A DNA stretch of 64,000 nucleotides, taken from positions 150,218 to 214,217 of the forward strand of contig CAVFGR010000008.1 in assembly GCA_963622135.1 (NCBI GenBank), in the 5' to 3' direction. The notes beneath the pieces are model-generated. The model searched no databases and was not told the origin of the DNA. It was given only the letters and a program-made list of their open reading frames with translations. The DNA is from a bacterium (GTDB lineage Bacteria > Bacillota_I > Bacilli_A > RFN20 > CAG-826). The translations under genes were made by a program, and so were the position numbers. Each line of letters opens with the position of its first letter. The first letter of the stretch is position 1. Below, in pieces: positions 22,821 through 34,267 of the stretch.

Positions 22821-22879
22821 AAGGATTTCCCCTAAAAAATGCTAGCCCACTATAGCATGTTTTTTGAGATTTACCCTAA

Positions 22880-23971
22880 TTATTTTCCTTCTTTAGGAGG
22901 AAAAGCCTTTTGGAGTTTTAATAATGGTCCGTACAGGGCCATCAATATCACGGCGCTGATGCCCGCTGAGGCGAAAACATAAATAACGTTATAAGTCATC
23001 GCACCAACGAGGTTTAAACCATAGTTAACAATGGACGATAACGATGAGCCGACAAATCTAACAAAGCCCGACAATAAGCATCCGAGAAGGATAAATATTT
23101 CGCCTTTCACGTTATAACCGACTTGTTTTTCACCAAAAATCAAAGGTTTGAAGAAGCCTAAAATCGCGACCGATCCAAAGCCGACCATATAGTCAAATGG
23201 ATATAAGAAGATGCCGTATCCATCGGTGATACAAGTGATTAAGCCATAGACAATGCCACCGCTGATAAAACCAGCTAATGGACCGTGTCTCAACGCAACA
23301 TATAACAATGGCAAGGTGGCAATGCCAATCGAACCACCAGTAACGCCAAGCGATGGGATGAAGTGCTGAACGACATCGATTACAATGCCCAAAGCCGAAA
23401 GAATGGCAATTTCCATCAAATCGCGAAGAGAGAACTTTCTTTCCTCATATGACGCAGATAAGTTGGCCAAGAAACCAATGAAAGCAAAAACGATGCCCCA
23501 AATGACGCCAGCCGATACACGAGTACCCGCCAAAGATCTCCATTCATCTAAATAATCCATAAAGGAGCTGCCGATGACCGACAAGCATTTCGCATAATCG
23601 TAAAAGATATTGCCAGCCAATAACAAAATCGCTGACATTAAGTAAGCCACTAAACCAGCTTCATAAAACTTCTTATTAACTTTGCCGAGGAAAGAGAAAA
23701 CAATCCCCACCAAAACAAGGGCGTAAATAACTATAAACGCCCACAAACATTCGCTGCCGTTAGCGCCAAATAGGACACTTCCGACATAAATTGATTCTCT
23801 TGAGCCTTTGCTTAATTCGTAGTACTCGCTACCAAGCGATGTACTTACCGTTATAGGCTTAGTTGAGAACATTGGCATTGCCCATCCTAAAAAGATGAGC
23901 GCACCGCATAACGCGGCAATCCACCAGAGGTTGCTCTTTACCCACTGGATTCCTTTTTCTTCCTTTTCCAT
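22880..23971 (-). CDS. thiT: thiamine ECF-transporter S component (ThiT-like C-terminal half) fused to an extra N-terminal ~4-TM domain
   Basis: The C-terminal ~185 aa align with ThiT (LRDLMEIAILSALGIVI..., ALRHGPLAGFISGGIVYGLI versus L. lactis SLRRGLTAGLVGGLIWGIL). A TPP riboswitch lies directly upstream. The track start is TTG; the ATG is at 23969-23971 (MEKEEKG). Confidence 0.6.
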   Translation of the reverse strand: MEKEEKGIQWVKSNLWWIAALCGALIFLGWAMPMFSTKPITVSTSLGSEYYELSKGSRESIYVGSVLFGANGSECLWAFIVIYALVLVGIVFSFLGKVNKKFYEAGLVAYLMSAILLLAGNIFYDYAKCLSVIGSSFMDYLDEWRSLAGTRVSAGVIWGIVFAFIGFLANLSASYEERKFSLRDLMEIAILSALGIVIDVVQHFIPSLGVTGGSIGIATLPLLYVALRHGPLAGFISGGIVYGLITCITDGYGIFLYPFDYMVGFGSVAILGFFKPLIFGEKQVGYNVKGEIFILLGCLLSGFVRFVGSSLSSIVNYGLNLVGAMTYNVIYVFASAGISAVILMALYGPLLKLQKAFPPKEGK

Positions 23972-24105
23972 AAAAAATCCTCCGAAAAACGGAGGAGGAA
24001 TCAATTAATAAAATTCATTCCTCCGCCAGCATTACCTGGATCAGGTTCCGTCGAGCTGGCACACAGCTCCTCTCAGCCCATTCTAATGAGCTCCGGTGAC
24101 ACAAT
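23972..24105 (-). promoter_or_regulatory. TPP (THI-box) riboswitch with an RBS-sequestering terminator-like hairpin
   Basis: The minus strand reads ...GGGCTGAGAGGAGCTGTGTGCCAGCTCGACGGAACCTGATCCAGGTAATGCTGGCGGAGGAA.... This matches the conserved CUGAGA and ACCUGAUC.GGUAAUGCC.GCG.AGGGA cores. It is followed by CCTCCG-ttttt-CGGAGG-ATTTTTT-ATG, a stem that contains the GGAGGA Shine-Dalgarno. Confidence 0.7.
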
Positions 24106-24112
24106 ATTAAAT

Positions 24113-24778
24113 CTAATCAATATGCCAATCAATTGGTTCGACGCCATTTTCGATAAGAAAGTCGTTACATTTGGTAAACAATTTGTTTCCAAACCAGCCT
24201 CCGCGATTGGCAGCCAAAGGGGATGGGTGATTCGCTTCAAGCACAATGTGTTTAGGATTCTTGACGAACGGTTTCAACTTCTTGGCAAAGCCACCCCAAA
24301 GCATAAACACAATAGGCTGATCTAAACCATCGATATATCTAAGCGTGTCCGCCATGAAGAGGGAGTACTCATTTCTTGCGTGTGACAACGGCTTTCCTGC
24401 CTCAACGGATAAATAGGCGTTAAGCATCAAACATCCTTGCTCCGCCCACGGGGTTAAGTCCCCATTACGGAAGTTCATCTTGATGCCTTGATCCGTTTCT
24501 ATCTCTTTGTAGATATTCTTCAAGGATGGCGGCAAAGGCATTCCTCTAGGAACAGAGAATGATAAGCCCATCGCCTCCCCCGGATTGTGATATGGATCTT
24601 GGCCAATGATTACCACTTTAAGGTTTTTTGGCGAGGTTAATTTAAAAGCTTGGAACATCATATCCCTCGGAGGATAAATTGTTTTGCTCTGATATTCTTC
24701 GTTTAAAAAAGCGTTCAATGTCTTGGAATAGTTTGATTCCGACACTTTTTCGAACAATTCTTTCCAATCTTTTAGCAT
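24113..24778 (-). CDS. ung: uracil-DNA glycosylase
   Basis: VIIGQDPYH catalytic motif and C-terminal HPSPL motif. The track start is TTG; the ATG at 24776-24778 (MLKDWKELF) matches the E. coli Ung N-terminal spacing. Confidence 0.9.
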   Translation of the reverse strand: MLKDWKELFEKVSESNYSKTLNAFLNEEYQSKTIYPPRDMMFQAFKLTSPKNLKVVIIGQDPYHNPGEAMGLSFSVPRGMPLPPSLKNIYKEIETDQGIKMNFRNGDLTPWAEQGCLMLNAYLSVEAGKPLSHARNEYSLFMADTLRYIDGLDQPIVFMLWGGFAKKLKPFVKNPKHIVLEANHPSPLAANRGGWFGNKLFTKCNDFLIENGVEPIDWHID

Positions 24779-24820
24779 AAAAAGATTATGCACTCGCAAG
24801 CGTTTACAAGCAAAGCGATA

Positions 24821-24849
24821 TTGTTTAGATTAAATCTAATCCCTATAAT
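24821..24849 (+). promoter_or_regulatory. promoter candidate for eno (TTGTTT-17-TATAAT)
   Basis: TTGTTT at 24821-24826 and TATAAT at 24844-24849. The leader contains the palindrome GCTTA-CCTAG-TAAGC (24856-24870) and an AAAAGGAG RBS. Confidence 0.4.
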
Positions 24850-24885
24850 CAGTGTGCTTACCTAGTAAGCATGTTTATGTGCTAA

Positions 24886-26202
<1,317 letters not shown>

Positions 26203-26218
26203 CAAACCAATAACGAAA

Positions 26219-26248
26219 GACGGAGACCATCACGGCCTCCGTTTTTTT
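26219..26248 (+). terminator. rho-independent terminator after eno
   Basis: GACGGAG-accatcacggc-CTCCGT stem followed by TTTTTTT. Confidence 0.6.
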
Positions 26249-26270
26249 ATTATTAAAAGAAAAGCCGTCT

Positions 26271-26921
26271 TTATTTAGACGACTTAGTTTTATTTTTGAC
26301 TCTCTTCCAAAAAGCCAAGAGCAAGAATATGCCTTGGATAGGGATTCCCGCTAAGATCACATACCAAACATTCATGTGTTCCCAGGTCTGGAAGTGAAGC
26401 AAGAAGGTGATGATAACAAGCCACATCGAAGTTGAAGCAAAGCCGAACGTCACCCATTTATTGGAAAAGAAGAATTTCGACATGATGGCTTCGATAGCGA
26501 GAGCTAAGGATACAGCCCAAAGCATGATGAGCCAATAATGACCTTGATCGCCATAAGGCTTATTAATGAAATCCGAAATAAGGATAAGACCGCCAGCCAG
26601 CACAATCGTCAAAGCGATGATGGTCATAAGGATTATCTTGTTGCGTTTGATGGCAAATCTCTTTTTGCTATGCATCTCATCATTGATGAGGGCGGTGATG
26701 TCTTCCTCGTTCTGCGGGGTGCAAAGATAATCGACGGTGACGCCGTAATATTGAGCCAAATCCAAAAGGATATCGACGGTTGGCAAAGCGTATCCGTTTT
26801 CCCATTTGGAAATGGACTTATCCGAATAATGTATTTCATCGGCAAGCTGAATTTGGGTCATTCCCTTGGCTTTGCGAAGGGTAACCAAGTTCTTACCGAC
26901 AATCTCTGATAAAGTTTCCAT
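26271..26921 (-). CDS. membrane-bound XRE-family transcriptional regulator (N-terminal HTH plus C-terminal 4-TM domain)
   Basis: HTH_XRE signature LRKAKGMTQIQLADEIHYSDKSISKWENG followed by four hydrophobic helices. Confidence 0.7.
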   Translation of the reverse strand: METLSEIVGKNLVTLRKAKGMTQIQLADEIHYSDKSISKWENGYALPTVDILLDLAQYYGVTVDYLCTPQNEEDITALINDEMHSKKRFAIKRNKIILMTIIALTIVLAGGLILISDFINKPYGDQGHYWLIMLWAVSLALAIEAIMSKFFFSNKWVTFGFASTSMWLVIITFLLHFQTWEHMNVWYVILAGIPIQGIFLLLAFWKRVKNKTKSSK

Positions 26922-26969
26922 AGTGCCCTTATCCTAATAGATGAGGGACGATTTTGAAACAATAAATTA

Positions 26970-29900
26970 TTATAGGTGGTTGCTCGGAGTTGGGTTCAAT
27001 GGCAAGGAAGAATAACTGGAAGCAAGGGTCACCGAGCCGTCCGAATTAACAGTTAAGAAGTTATCTTGGAAGAAAGAGTTATTGCTTATCGAATGGAATT
27101 GGGTCTCATAGTAATCAGTGGTAACGAACAAGACCTTCTTGGTGGTGTGATTGATGTTATAAGGCACTTCAATCGAATCATCCCAGCAATAGTAATAATC
27201 AGGCGAGAAGTTGGTGATTTCGGCGCTGAAAGTGACATTGATGACATTGGCAATGCTGATAGCCTCCCTGGTCTTAGCGCTGTTAAAGAGTTTCTTGCCG
27301 TTGGCGTAAGTTCCGCCCAAAGCCAATTTGATGTCACCAATAACGGAATTATGTAACAAAGCGGCGGTGTGTAAATCCAAGTTCCAAACTGGGTTATTTA
27401 AATCATTGTTGAAAGAGAATCCGGTAATGAGATCTTCGCCGTGCAAAGACTGGCTGGAACTAGAAGAGGAACTGCTATCAATAAGATTGAGGACGGTATT
27501 ATTCAAACCAAAAATGTCTTTGGTAATGTATCCCATGATGTCAGATTTAAAGCCTTCGACGTCGAGCCTTGTTTGATAATGGTAGTCATTATCGGTTTGG
27601 CTCTTACCCTTATCGCCATAGTCATCCCAACGATCGATTAAGAACAAACCATCGTTATTTCCAGAAGTGTGATATAAGAAATTGATGTAACGGGTGCCGC
27701 TCTTTGTCAACGACCTCGAGTTAAGGACGCCATTGATAGGCAAGTTTACATAAGCGGCTATACGAATATCCGCACCTTCAACCCTGACAAAGACTTTGAA
27801 GTTAATGACGACATCGCTCAAAACCGGCAAATCGGCTTCAGCCGTTCCTTCAATCTTATAAGCCGAACGGATGACGGACTTGCCGCTCGAAGTGGTAACC
27901 CTATCGCCAGCCAAGAACATATTGACTGCATATTCGGCGAAGGTTTTTAAAGAAGAATAGTTGACAAAGGCGCTGATATCGGTGATGTTCGGCCAGTTCA
28001 TTTCCTGCATTTCGTAACCTAAAACATCGATTTTGAAATAGATGTCAGACACCCCAATGGCCATTTCGAGTTCGATCGATTCGATATCCCCGCCGACAAT
28101 ACGACCATCTTCTCTCGTGACGTCGTTTGCGTAATTGACGGTGATTTTCATGTCGGATTCGCCACCAATTAAGGTAGCTGGCAATTCGAAGACATCCTGT
28201 CTATCACCTAAAGTGATATAGGTAATCAAATCAGACCCCAAGACCTTGTAATATTGTCCGGTGATCATATCGCCGATGACCGAATTGATGAACAAGTCGG
28301 TGATAAGGCTGATGATGCGTTCCATACGTGGGTCATTGGAAGAGAATAAGGTCTTAAAGACATCAACGAAGCCCGAAACAGAATGCATCGCGAATCTCGC
28401 TTTCAAAGGAGTATCGCTTTCCGGCGCGGTCCTATTTTCAGAAGACGGGTATGTTCCGTTGTTCTTCGAATCGTATTGGAAAAGCATCCATTGGGTGCTT
28501 GGATTGGAAGAAGAATAGACTTCCTCATCAGTTTGGGTGGAATCCCCATTCTCGTCCTTCGGTTCTTTGCCGGTGATATCAAATTTCACGTTATGGTCGT
28601 TGACATAGGATTCTTTACGGTCGACGACGGTGATGGCGCCGGTGCTTTGATTGGTGTTCTTATTTATACCGACGTCTCCCGAGAAAGAGAAACCCTGATA
28701 GTTAGGAACGGAGGTCTTATTTCCAATCGTCGTTTGGGTGATGACCGAAGTGGTGTCTCTAGTTAAAACATAGCCTTCCAAACCCAATTTGATTTGTTTG
28801 GTATCGGAAATCTTCACGAACTGATCGGATAAAGATTCAAGGTGTCTGAGCTCTTTATATTGGGCTTTTTCTTCATCGGTCATCGGCGTCCTCTCATATG
28901 GGATGACGTCGATTTCGCCCGAAATGGAGAACGGTTCGACGGTGACGTTATCAAATTTGACGTAGCCAACTGAAACATTGGAACTATCGCCAATCAAATC
29001 AAGAGTGATGGTTCCCTTCATGCCAAAGACCGACAAATCCAAAGTGATGACGACGTTATCGGTTGATCCTTTGAAAGTCGTGATGGCCCCCATAATATCT
29101 TCGTAGTTGCCATCCTTGACATTGCCTAGGCCTTCGGAATTCTTAACGGCATTGATGGCATCGGTCAACGCGCCTCCTAAAGCGGCCAAACCACCGCCTG
29201 ATTTGTTTTTCTTAGAAGAGCTATCTCCTCCGTTCATCAAATCCTTCAAGGATCCCATAATGGAATCGATGACCGTTTTGGAGGTTTTGGCTTTCTGCAA
29301 ATCATTGATGGCGGCGTACACCTCATCGAAAGCGTCCGTCGGAGAACCATTGATCATCATATTGATGATTTGATGCAATCCGGCGAAGGAATAATCAACA
29401 TCGGCATATATGGATTCGAGATTGTTGTCGGTGACATCGATATCGGCACGCAAGGAAAGATACGCTTCCTCGTTGATTTCCGTGGTGTTGAAGAAAACGC
29501 CATCGCCTTCAAAAGCCTCTTCCTGGTGTTTCAATAACAAACCACTTCCGCGCGTAACGACGGAGAATTTTTGAGCGTTCGCATAATCGATGACCTTATC
29601 CCAAATCGCCATGGAATCGACCAAGCTCGTGTATCCGCTGGCATCTTCCGGCGCGGAGATATTAACGGTTTCGTTCCCGCTATCAAGACTGACAGAGGCT
29701 CTGATTTTCGTATCGGAGGAAATCTCGTAATAGCCGCCTTGGACTTTGCTCGGGAAATCGATGCCCGTCCATTGGTAACTGCCCTTTTCGGCTTTTAAGC
29801 CAAGATTGAAGGTCTTATCTCCGATAGGGAGGTTCCAAACAAAATAAGGATTCCCATCCAACGTCCCTTTTTCCATATTTTCCATGGATTCGAGGACGGC

Positions 29901-30554
29901 TTTGGTGTCGAAGGTGAATCTCGATCCTTTATTTTCATCATTCACTTTTAAGAACTTCTCAGACAAAGATTCCAAAATGTCGTCGATGACCCAATCCAAA
30001 TCGCCGTATTCGTAACGATAGATGCCACCAGTCGTCGAATCAACCGATTCGCCTTCCTCGTTGGTCGTATCGTAAGGGGCGATGTTAACCTTGTATTTGA
30101 AATCATAAGAATCGGTGTCGTTCTTGTTATAGATGGCGAAATACAAGTCTTCATCGGATAAGGTGATCTGCAATCCGCGGAGAAGCCCGTTATAGTCGAT
30201 AGGGATGTTGACATCGAATTCAACTTCATGGAGAGACAATCCATTGACGATGAATTGGCCAGAGGCCTTATATGGATCCTTGATGGACAAAACGTTATTG
30301 AAGTTCTTTCCAAGCAAGCATTCGGCTTCGTCGATGGTGAAGCTAAAACCATCTTGGGCCGTTCCGATAAAAGAAGAAAGGAAACGCTGGAGGTTATCCC
30401 CATCGTTAGAGACATAAGAAGAGCCACCGTTATTTCCGTTATTGTATTCGGTTTTGCTATCTTCAGGTGAGGTCAAAGAGCATGAAGAAAGCAACAAAGA
30501 CGCGACAAGCGTTGCGATAGAGGCGTTCTGTTTTAAGGTTTTTACTTTCTTCAT
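26970..30554 (-). CDS. giant surface lipoprotein (1194 aa), paralog A
   Basis: Lipoprotein signal MKKVKTLKQNASIATLVASLLLSSCS. It is paralogous to the upstream 1207-aa gene, with shared blocks such as YNG..RGL...L.D...YF.I......D.KYKV..A.YD.....GGI..Y.YG.LDW.I.DI. Confidence 0.7.
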   Translation of the reverse strand: MKKVKTLKQNASIATLVASLLLSSCSLTSPEDSKTEYNNGNNGGSSYVSNDGDNLQRFLSSFIGTAQDGFSFTIDEAECLLGKNFNNVLSIKDPYKASGQFIVNGLSLHEVEFDVNIPIDYNGLLRGLQITLSDEDLYFAIYNKNDTDSYDFKYKVNIAPYDTTNEEGESVDSTTGGIYRYEYGDLDWVIDDILESLSEKFLKVNDENKGSRFTFDTKAVLESMENMEKGTLDGNPYFVWNLPIGDKTFNLGLKAEKGSYQWTGIDFPSKVQGGYYEISSDTKIRASVSLDSGNETVNISAPEDASGYTSLVDSMAIWDKVIDYANAQKFSVVTRGSGLLLKHQEEAFEGDGVFFNTTEINEEAYLSLRADIDVTDNNLESIYADVDYSFAGLHQIINMMINGSPTDAFDEVYAAINDLQKAKTSKTVIDSIMGSLKDLMNGGDSSSKKNKSGGGLAALGGALTDAINAVKNSEGLGNVKDGNYEDIMGAITTFKGSTDNVVITLDLSVFGMKGTITLDLIGDSSNVSVGYVKFDNVTVEPFSISGEIDVIPYERTPMTDEEKAQYKELRHLESLSDQFVKISDTKQIKLGLEGYVLTRDTTSVITQTTIGNKTSVPNYQGFSFSGDVGINKNTNQSTGAITVVDRKESYVNDHNVKFDITGKEPKDENGDSTQTDEEVYSSSNPSTQWMLFQYDSKNNGTYPSSENRTAPESDTPLKARFAMHSVSGFVDVFKTLFSSNDPRMERIISLITDLFINSVIGDMITGQYYKVLGSDLITYITLGDRQDVFELPATLIGGESDMKITVNYANDVTREDGRIVGGDIESIELEMAIGVSDIYFKIDVLGYEMQEMNWPNITDISAFVNYSSLKTFAEYAVNMFLAGDRVTTSSGKSVIRSAYKIEGTAEADLPVLSDVVINFKVFVRVEGADIRIAAYVNLPINGVLNSRSLTKSGTRYINFLYHTSGNNDGLFLIDRWDDYGDKGKSQTDNDYHYQTRLDVEGFKSDIMGYITKDIFGLNNTVLNLIDSSSSSSSSQSLHGEDLITGFSFNNDLNNPVWNLDLHTAALLHNSVIGDIKLALGGTYANGKKLFNSAKTREAISIANVINVTFSAEITNFSPDYYYCWDDSIEVPYNINHTTKKVLFVTTDYYETQFHSISNNSFFQDNFLTVNSDGSVTLASSYSSLPLNPTPSNHL

Positions 30555-30608
30555 GATTTTTGAGATTCAGGGTGCCCCCGAAGGAGCACCCTTTCAGAGA
30601 ATTATCGC

Positions 30609-33600
30609 TTAAGCGTAGTAGTTTCCGGCTTTTCCGGCTTCGCTTATCACGTAGTTGCGGTTATAGGTTCCGTCCGCGGAGACGTAACCATAATTGGTCG
30701 GCTCACCATAGACTTCGTTGCCATCGATAACGACACTTGGGCAGAAGTAGGTGAAGAAACCTTCTTGTTCGGTTTCGTTCCAGATGTTCTTATAAGTGCC
30801 ATCGGCAAGGTTGGTGATAGAAAGATCGACAATCGCTTTGGCAATCTTCAATTTGCCAGCGAGGGCGAGATTGACTTCCACGTTCAAGCCAGTCAAGGTC
30901 TTGAAGCTATTGCCAGCCGCATCGGTGACGGTGTCGGCGCCGATCTTTAGGGAAGTGGTTCCTAAGAAGCCAAATCCAAGATTGGCAAGATCAAGGTCGA
31001 CGACATAGCTCTTGGCATCGCTATTTTCATCTTCGACAACTTCAATGCCGGAGAAGACATCCATGACGTGAATGGCTTCTTCGAGCGGCAAGCCATAAGA
31101 CTTCTCGGTAGTGGTCGTGCTTTCCGAGGCGGCTTCTTCATCTTCCGCTAAGAGGGAAGAATCAACGCCGAGGAAGTATTCGAGCAACCATCCGCCGACA
31201 TCCTTGGAGAAGATATCTTCAGACATACGAACGGAGTCTTTGACGTTACGGAGTTTGCCATAAGAGGAATCTCTCGTCATCATGACTTCGTCATTGGTCT
31301 CAAGACCGTCGGCGTAGTAGTAGAAGGAGGCGTCTCTGCTTCCTTCGTATTCATGATCGCGGAAGTATTTCTCGTTCTCTGGAGCATTCAAGCCTTTGAC
31401 GGTCGGAATGTCATTGAGATTGACGGCAGCCTGCAACTGAGCGCCATCGATGGAGAGGGCGCCATCTAAAGTCAACGCATTGAATTGGTAATTGCCCAAA
31501 GCAATATCGACATTGGCTTCCAAACCAAGTGTGGTCTGACCATGTCCGTTCTCTTTGATGGCTCCGACGGTCGTGGTGCTGACGGCGTAGTCAGCGAGAT
31601 CCATGACGGTGTCGTAGTTGCAATAATTATCGGATGAGTGATCTTCCAAAGTTTGGAGGTTAGAGGTTTCGGCTCCTTTATCCAAACCGATGGAGAGGTT
31701 CAGGGATTTGCCGTTGGTATCGAAGTCAGCTCCGACATCGATGGATTTGATCGAATTATCGGCGTTGAAGTTGATGGTAACGGTGATGTCTTGGTCTAAA
31801 CCAAGGGAATCGGCGTTGATGACGATGATGTCTTTGTCCGAGGAAGTGGTGAATGATTTGATGACTCTTAACCCAGCCAAGGAGAAGTATTCGCCAGAGG
31901 TGAGGTCGCCAAGGAGGGCGTTCTCGCCCGGTTTGCTCATCGCACGGGAAATACGGCTGAATCTGTTGTCTAAGCTATTGGAAGCCCAATCCATGATGTT
32001 TTGGACGGTACCCATCGCATAACCGACGGACATCGTGCCTTTGATAGGATCAGAGGTCTTCGGATTGGTGTGGGTTTCGCTCATTCCTTCCGGATTGATG
32101 GAATCATAGGAGAAGAAGACGCGGGTATCGCGCTCGGTAGAAGAGGTGCCGTCTTCGTTTTCGACGGAGACATCTTCCTGAGCGACATCGGCTTTGATGT
32201 TGTGATGCTGGACGAACTTTTCTTCGGTCTCTTTGACATCGATGGCGACGCCAGCCTTCAAATCGTTCTTAACGGAAGCATCCAAAGCGATCTTGCCATC
32301 TAAGTCGATGGCCACTTCGCTTTCGGCCGCGAATTTGAATCCGCCGCCTAAGGTGATGGTCGCAGCCTTAGCGTCGACGATGTCCAAGACTTGGTCGGTG
32401 ACGCCCTTCAAGTGAGACATCTCTTGATAGGCTTCTTTGTTAGTTGGTTCGACAACTTCGCTGTAATCGATGACGTTCAAGGCGCCATCAACGGTAAAGG
32501 AAGCGAACTTGATTTTATTCAATTGAACAGTGAGGAGAGGATCGCCTTCGACTTCAGTGTCCTCGGAAATGGTGACGATAATGTCTTTCCCGTCAGCGGC
32601 GCCGGTTTCGATGCCGATCGGCTTAAGGGAAATGACGATTTCGATCTTATTGTCGTTGACCGTGATGGATTTGATGAAATCCAAGGCGGAATCGTAAACG
32701 CCATTGTCCAAGCCCTTCATGAAGTCACTGTCTTTGACGGCCTGAATGGCGGTCGCGATAGCACCTTCGGTCTTGGTTACCTGCTCTTCGGTCTTTTGCT
32801 CTTCAGAGGCATTTCCGGAATCGGTGACAGGATCACTCTTCATCGCGTCTTTGATGGAGCCGACGACTTCGTCGAGCATGACTTTATCGGTCTTAGCAAG
32901 CAAGGTGTTGTTCAAGTTGATGTACATATCCTTGCTTTCTTCGTTTCCATAGTAAGTGGCGGATAAGTTTTGGCTTGATGTAGTGCCATCGGACTCATGG
33001 GAGAAAGCCAAATTAGCATCCAAGGCATTGAGTTTCTTTCCCGAGGCATCCAAATTGGCGTTAAGGGAGAGATTGGCGGTGTCGTTTAATCCGTCTTTCG
33101 CAAACTTATAGACGGAGGCCTCTTCGCCTTCGGTCTCGTAAGAGAGGTCAAGGTCTAAGCCGACACCGAATTTCATCGAGCCAGCGGCGTGGGCAATCTT
33201 TTCAAACAAAGCGACCGAATTGTCTAGGGATTTGTAATCGGCGGCATTATTTGGCTCGCCGAAGACCAAGCTATTGGTGGCGATATCCAATTGAAGTTTG
33301 AAACCCAAACCATCGACCAAATCGGTGATGGCGTCTTGAGCTGCCACGCCATTTTCTGAATGGATACGTGGGAAATCAACGCCGGTCAAATTGTATTCGG
33401 AGTCAGAACGGAGGCCCAATTCAAAGGTCTTATCGCCCAAAACCAAGTCCCAGTTGAAGTAATGCGGATCGCTGGTTAAGGAGGCTAAGGCGCTATCCTC
33501 GACCATATCATTCATGGAATCCAAGATGGCCTGAGCATCGATTGAACTAGATGATTCTTCAGTGCTAGATTCGCTCGTTTCGCCTTCGGAAGAACCATTA

Positions 33601-34232
33601 ACAAGCCCAGAGATGGAAGGGAAACTGACGTCCATTCCTTCACCAGTGAGAATTCCGATGATATCTTCGATCAACCAGTCTAACTTGCCGTAACTATATT
33701 GGACGATACCGCCGGTTTCCGGGTCGATGACTTGAGGATCTGCGTCATAGGCTGCAGTCGAGACCTTGTATTTCAAATCCCAAGTATCGGAATCGTAGTC
33801 GGCGATGTTGAAGTAAATCATGTCATCGACCAAAGATAATCCCAAACCGCGGTTTTTGCCGTTGTAGTCGACTTTGGCATCGACGACCAGATCAATGCCG
33901 TGGACATCGAGAGACTCCATCTTGAATTTGAGGTTCGTGCCTTTCAAATCGAGATTGTTGGCATAGCCTTCAGATTTGCCATCAAGGACGACCAAGCCAT
34001 CTCTGACGGTCGCGCCCAAGCCAGTTGAGACGGAATCAACGATGTTGCCCATCAATTTTTGGGCACCAGTCAGTTCGATTTGGTCTTTGTCTGGGGCAGG
34101 AATGATCGTTTGATGCTGTGGGATGAGTAAGAACGTCCCGGCGGCAGTCATGCCAAAGATTCCAACAAACATGCCAGACATCAAAAGAATGCGTTTGGCT
34201 TTGCTTTTTGGTTTCTTGCTTTCTTTTTTCAT
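30609..34232 (-). CDS. giant membrane-anchored or secreted surface protein (1207 aa), paralog B
   Basis: N-terminal Lys-rich segment plus a signal-anchor helix (ILLMSGMFVGIFGMTAAGTFLLIP). AGGAG RBS; clear paralogy with 26970-30554. Confidence 0.7.
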   Translation of the reverse strand: MKKESKKPKSKAKRILLMSGMFVGIFGMTAAGTFLLIPQHQTIIPAPDKDQIELTGAQKLMGNIVDSVSTGLGATVRDGLVVLDGKSEGYANNLDLKGTNLKFKMESLDVHGIDLVVDAKVDYNGKNRGLGLSLVDDMIYFNIADYDSDTWDLKYKVSTAAYDADPQVIDPETGGIVQYSYGKLDWLIEDIIGILTGEGMDVSFPSISGLVNGSSEGETSESSTEESSSSIDAQAILDSMNDMVEDSALASLTSDPHYFNWDLVLGDKTFELGLRSDSEYNLTGVDFPRIHSENGVAAQDAITDLVDGLGFKLQLDIATNSLVFGEPNNAADYKSLDNSVALFEKIAHAAGSMKFGVGLDLDLSYETEGEEASVYKFAKDGLNDTANLSLNANLDASGKKLNALDANLAFSHESDGTTSSQNLSATYYGNEESKDMYINLNNTLLAKTDKVMLDEVVGSIKDAMKSDPVTDSGNASEEQKTEEQVTKTEGAIATAIQAVKDSDFMKGLDNGVYDSALDFIKSITVNDNKIEIVISLKPIGIETGAADGKDIIVTISEDTEVEGDPLLTVQLNKIKFASFTVDGALNVIDYSEVVEPTNKEAYQEMSHLKGVTDQVLDIVDAKAATITLGGGFKFAAESEVAIDLDGKIALDASVKNDLKAGVAIDVKETEEKFVQHHNIKADVAQEDVSVENEDGTSSTERDTRVFFSYDSINPEGMSETHTNPKTSDPIKGTMSVGYAMGTVQNIMDWASNSLDNRFSRISRAMSKPGENALLGDLTSGEYFSLAGLRVIKSFTTSSDKDIIVINADSLGLDQDITVTINFNADNSIKSIDVGADFDTNGKSLNLSIGLDKGAETSNLQTLEDHSSDNYCNYDTVMDLADYAVSTTTVGAIKENGHGQTTLGLEANVDIALGNYQFNALTLDGALSIDGAQLQAAVNLNDIPTVKGLNAPENEKYFRDHEYEGSRDASFYYYADGLETNDEVMMTRDSSYGKLRNVKDSVRMSEDIFSKDVGGWLLEYFLGVDSSLLAEDEEAASESTTTTEKSYGLPLEEAIHVMDVFSGIEVVEDENSDAKSYVVDLDLANLGFGFLGTTSLKIGADTVTDAAGNSFKTLTGLNVEVNLALAGKLKIAKAIVDLSITNLADGTYKNIWNETEQEGFFTYFCPSVVIDGNEVYGEPTNYGYVSADGTYNRNYVISEAGKAGNYYA

Positions 34233-34267
34233 AAAAACTCCTGTTCTTTTATGATTTCGCTAATTTA

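Noticed and set aside
26970-34232. The two ~1200-aa genes as RHS/YD-repeat or polymorphic toxin loci
   Set aside because: No YD/RHS repeat periodicity and no C-terminal toxin/immunity pair was seen. Both have lipoprotein or signal-anchor N-termini and share full-length paralogy, which fits surface proteins better.
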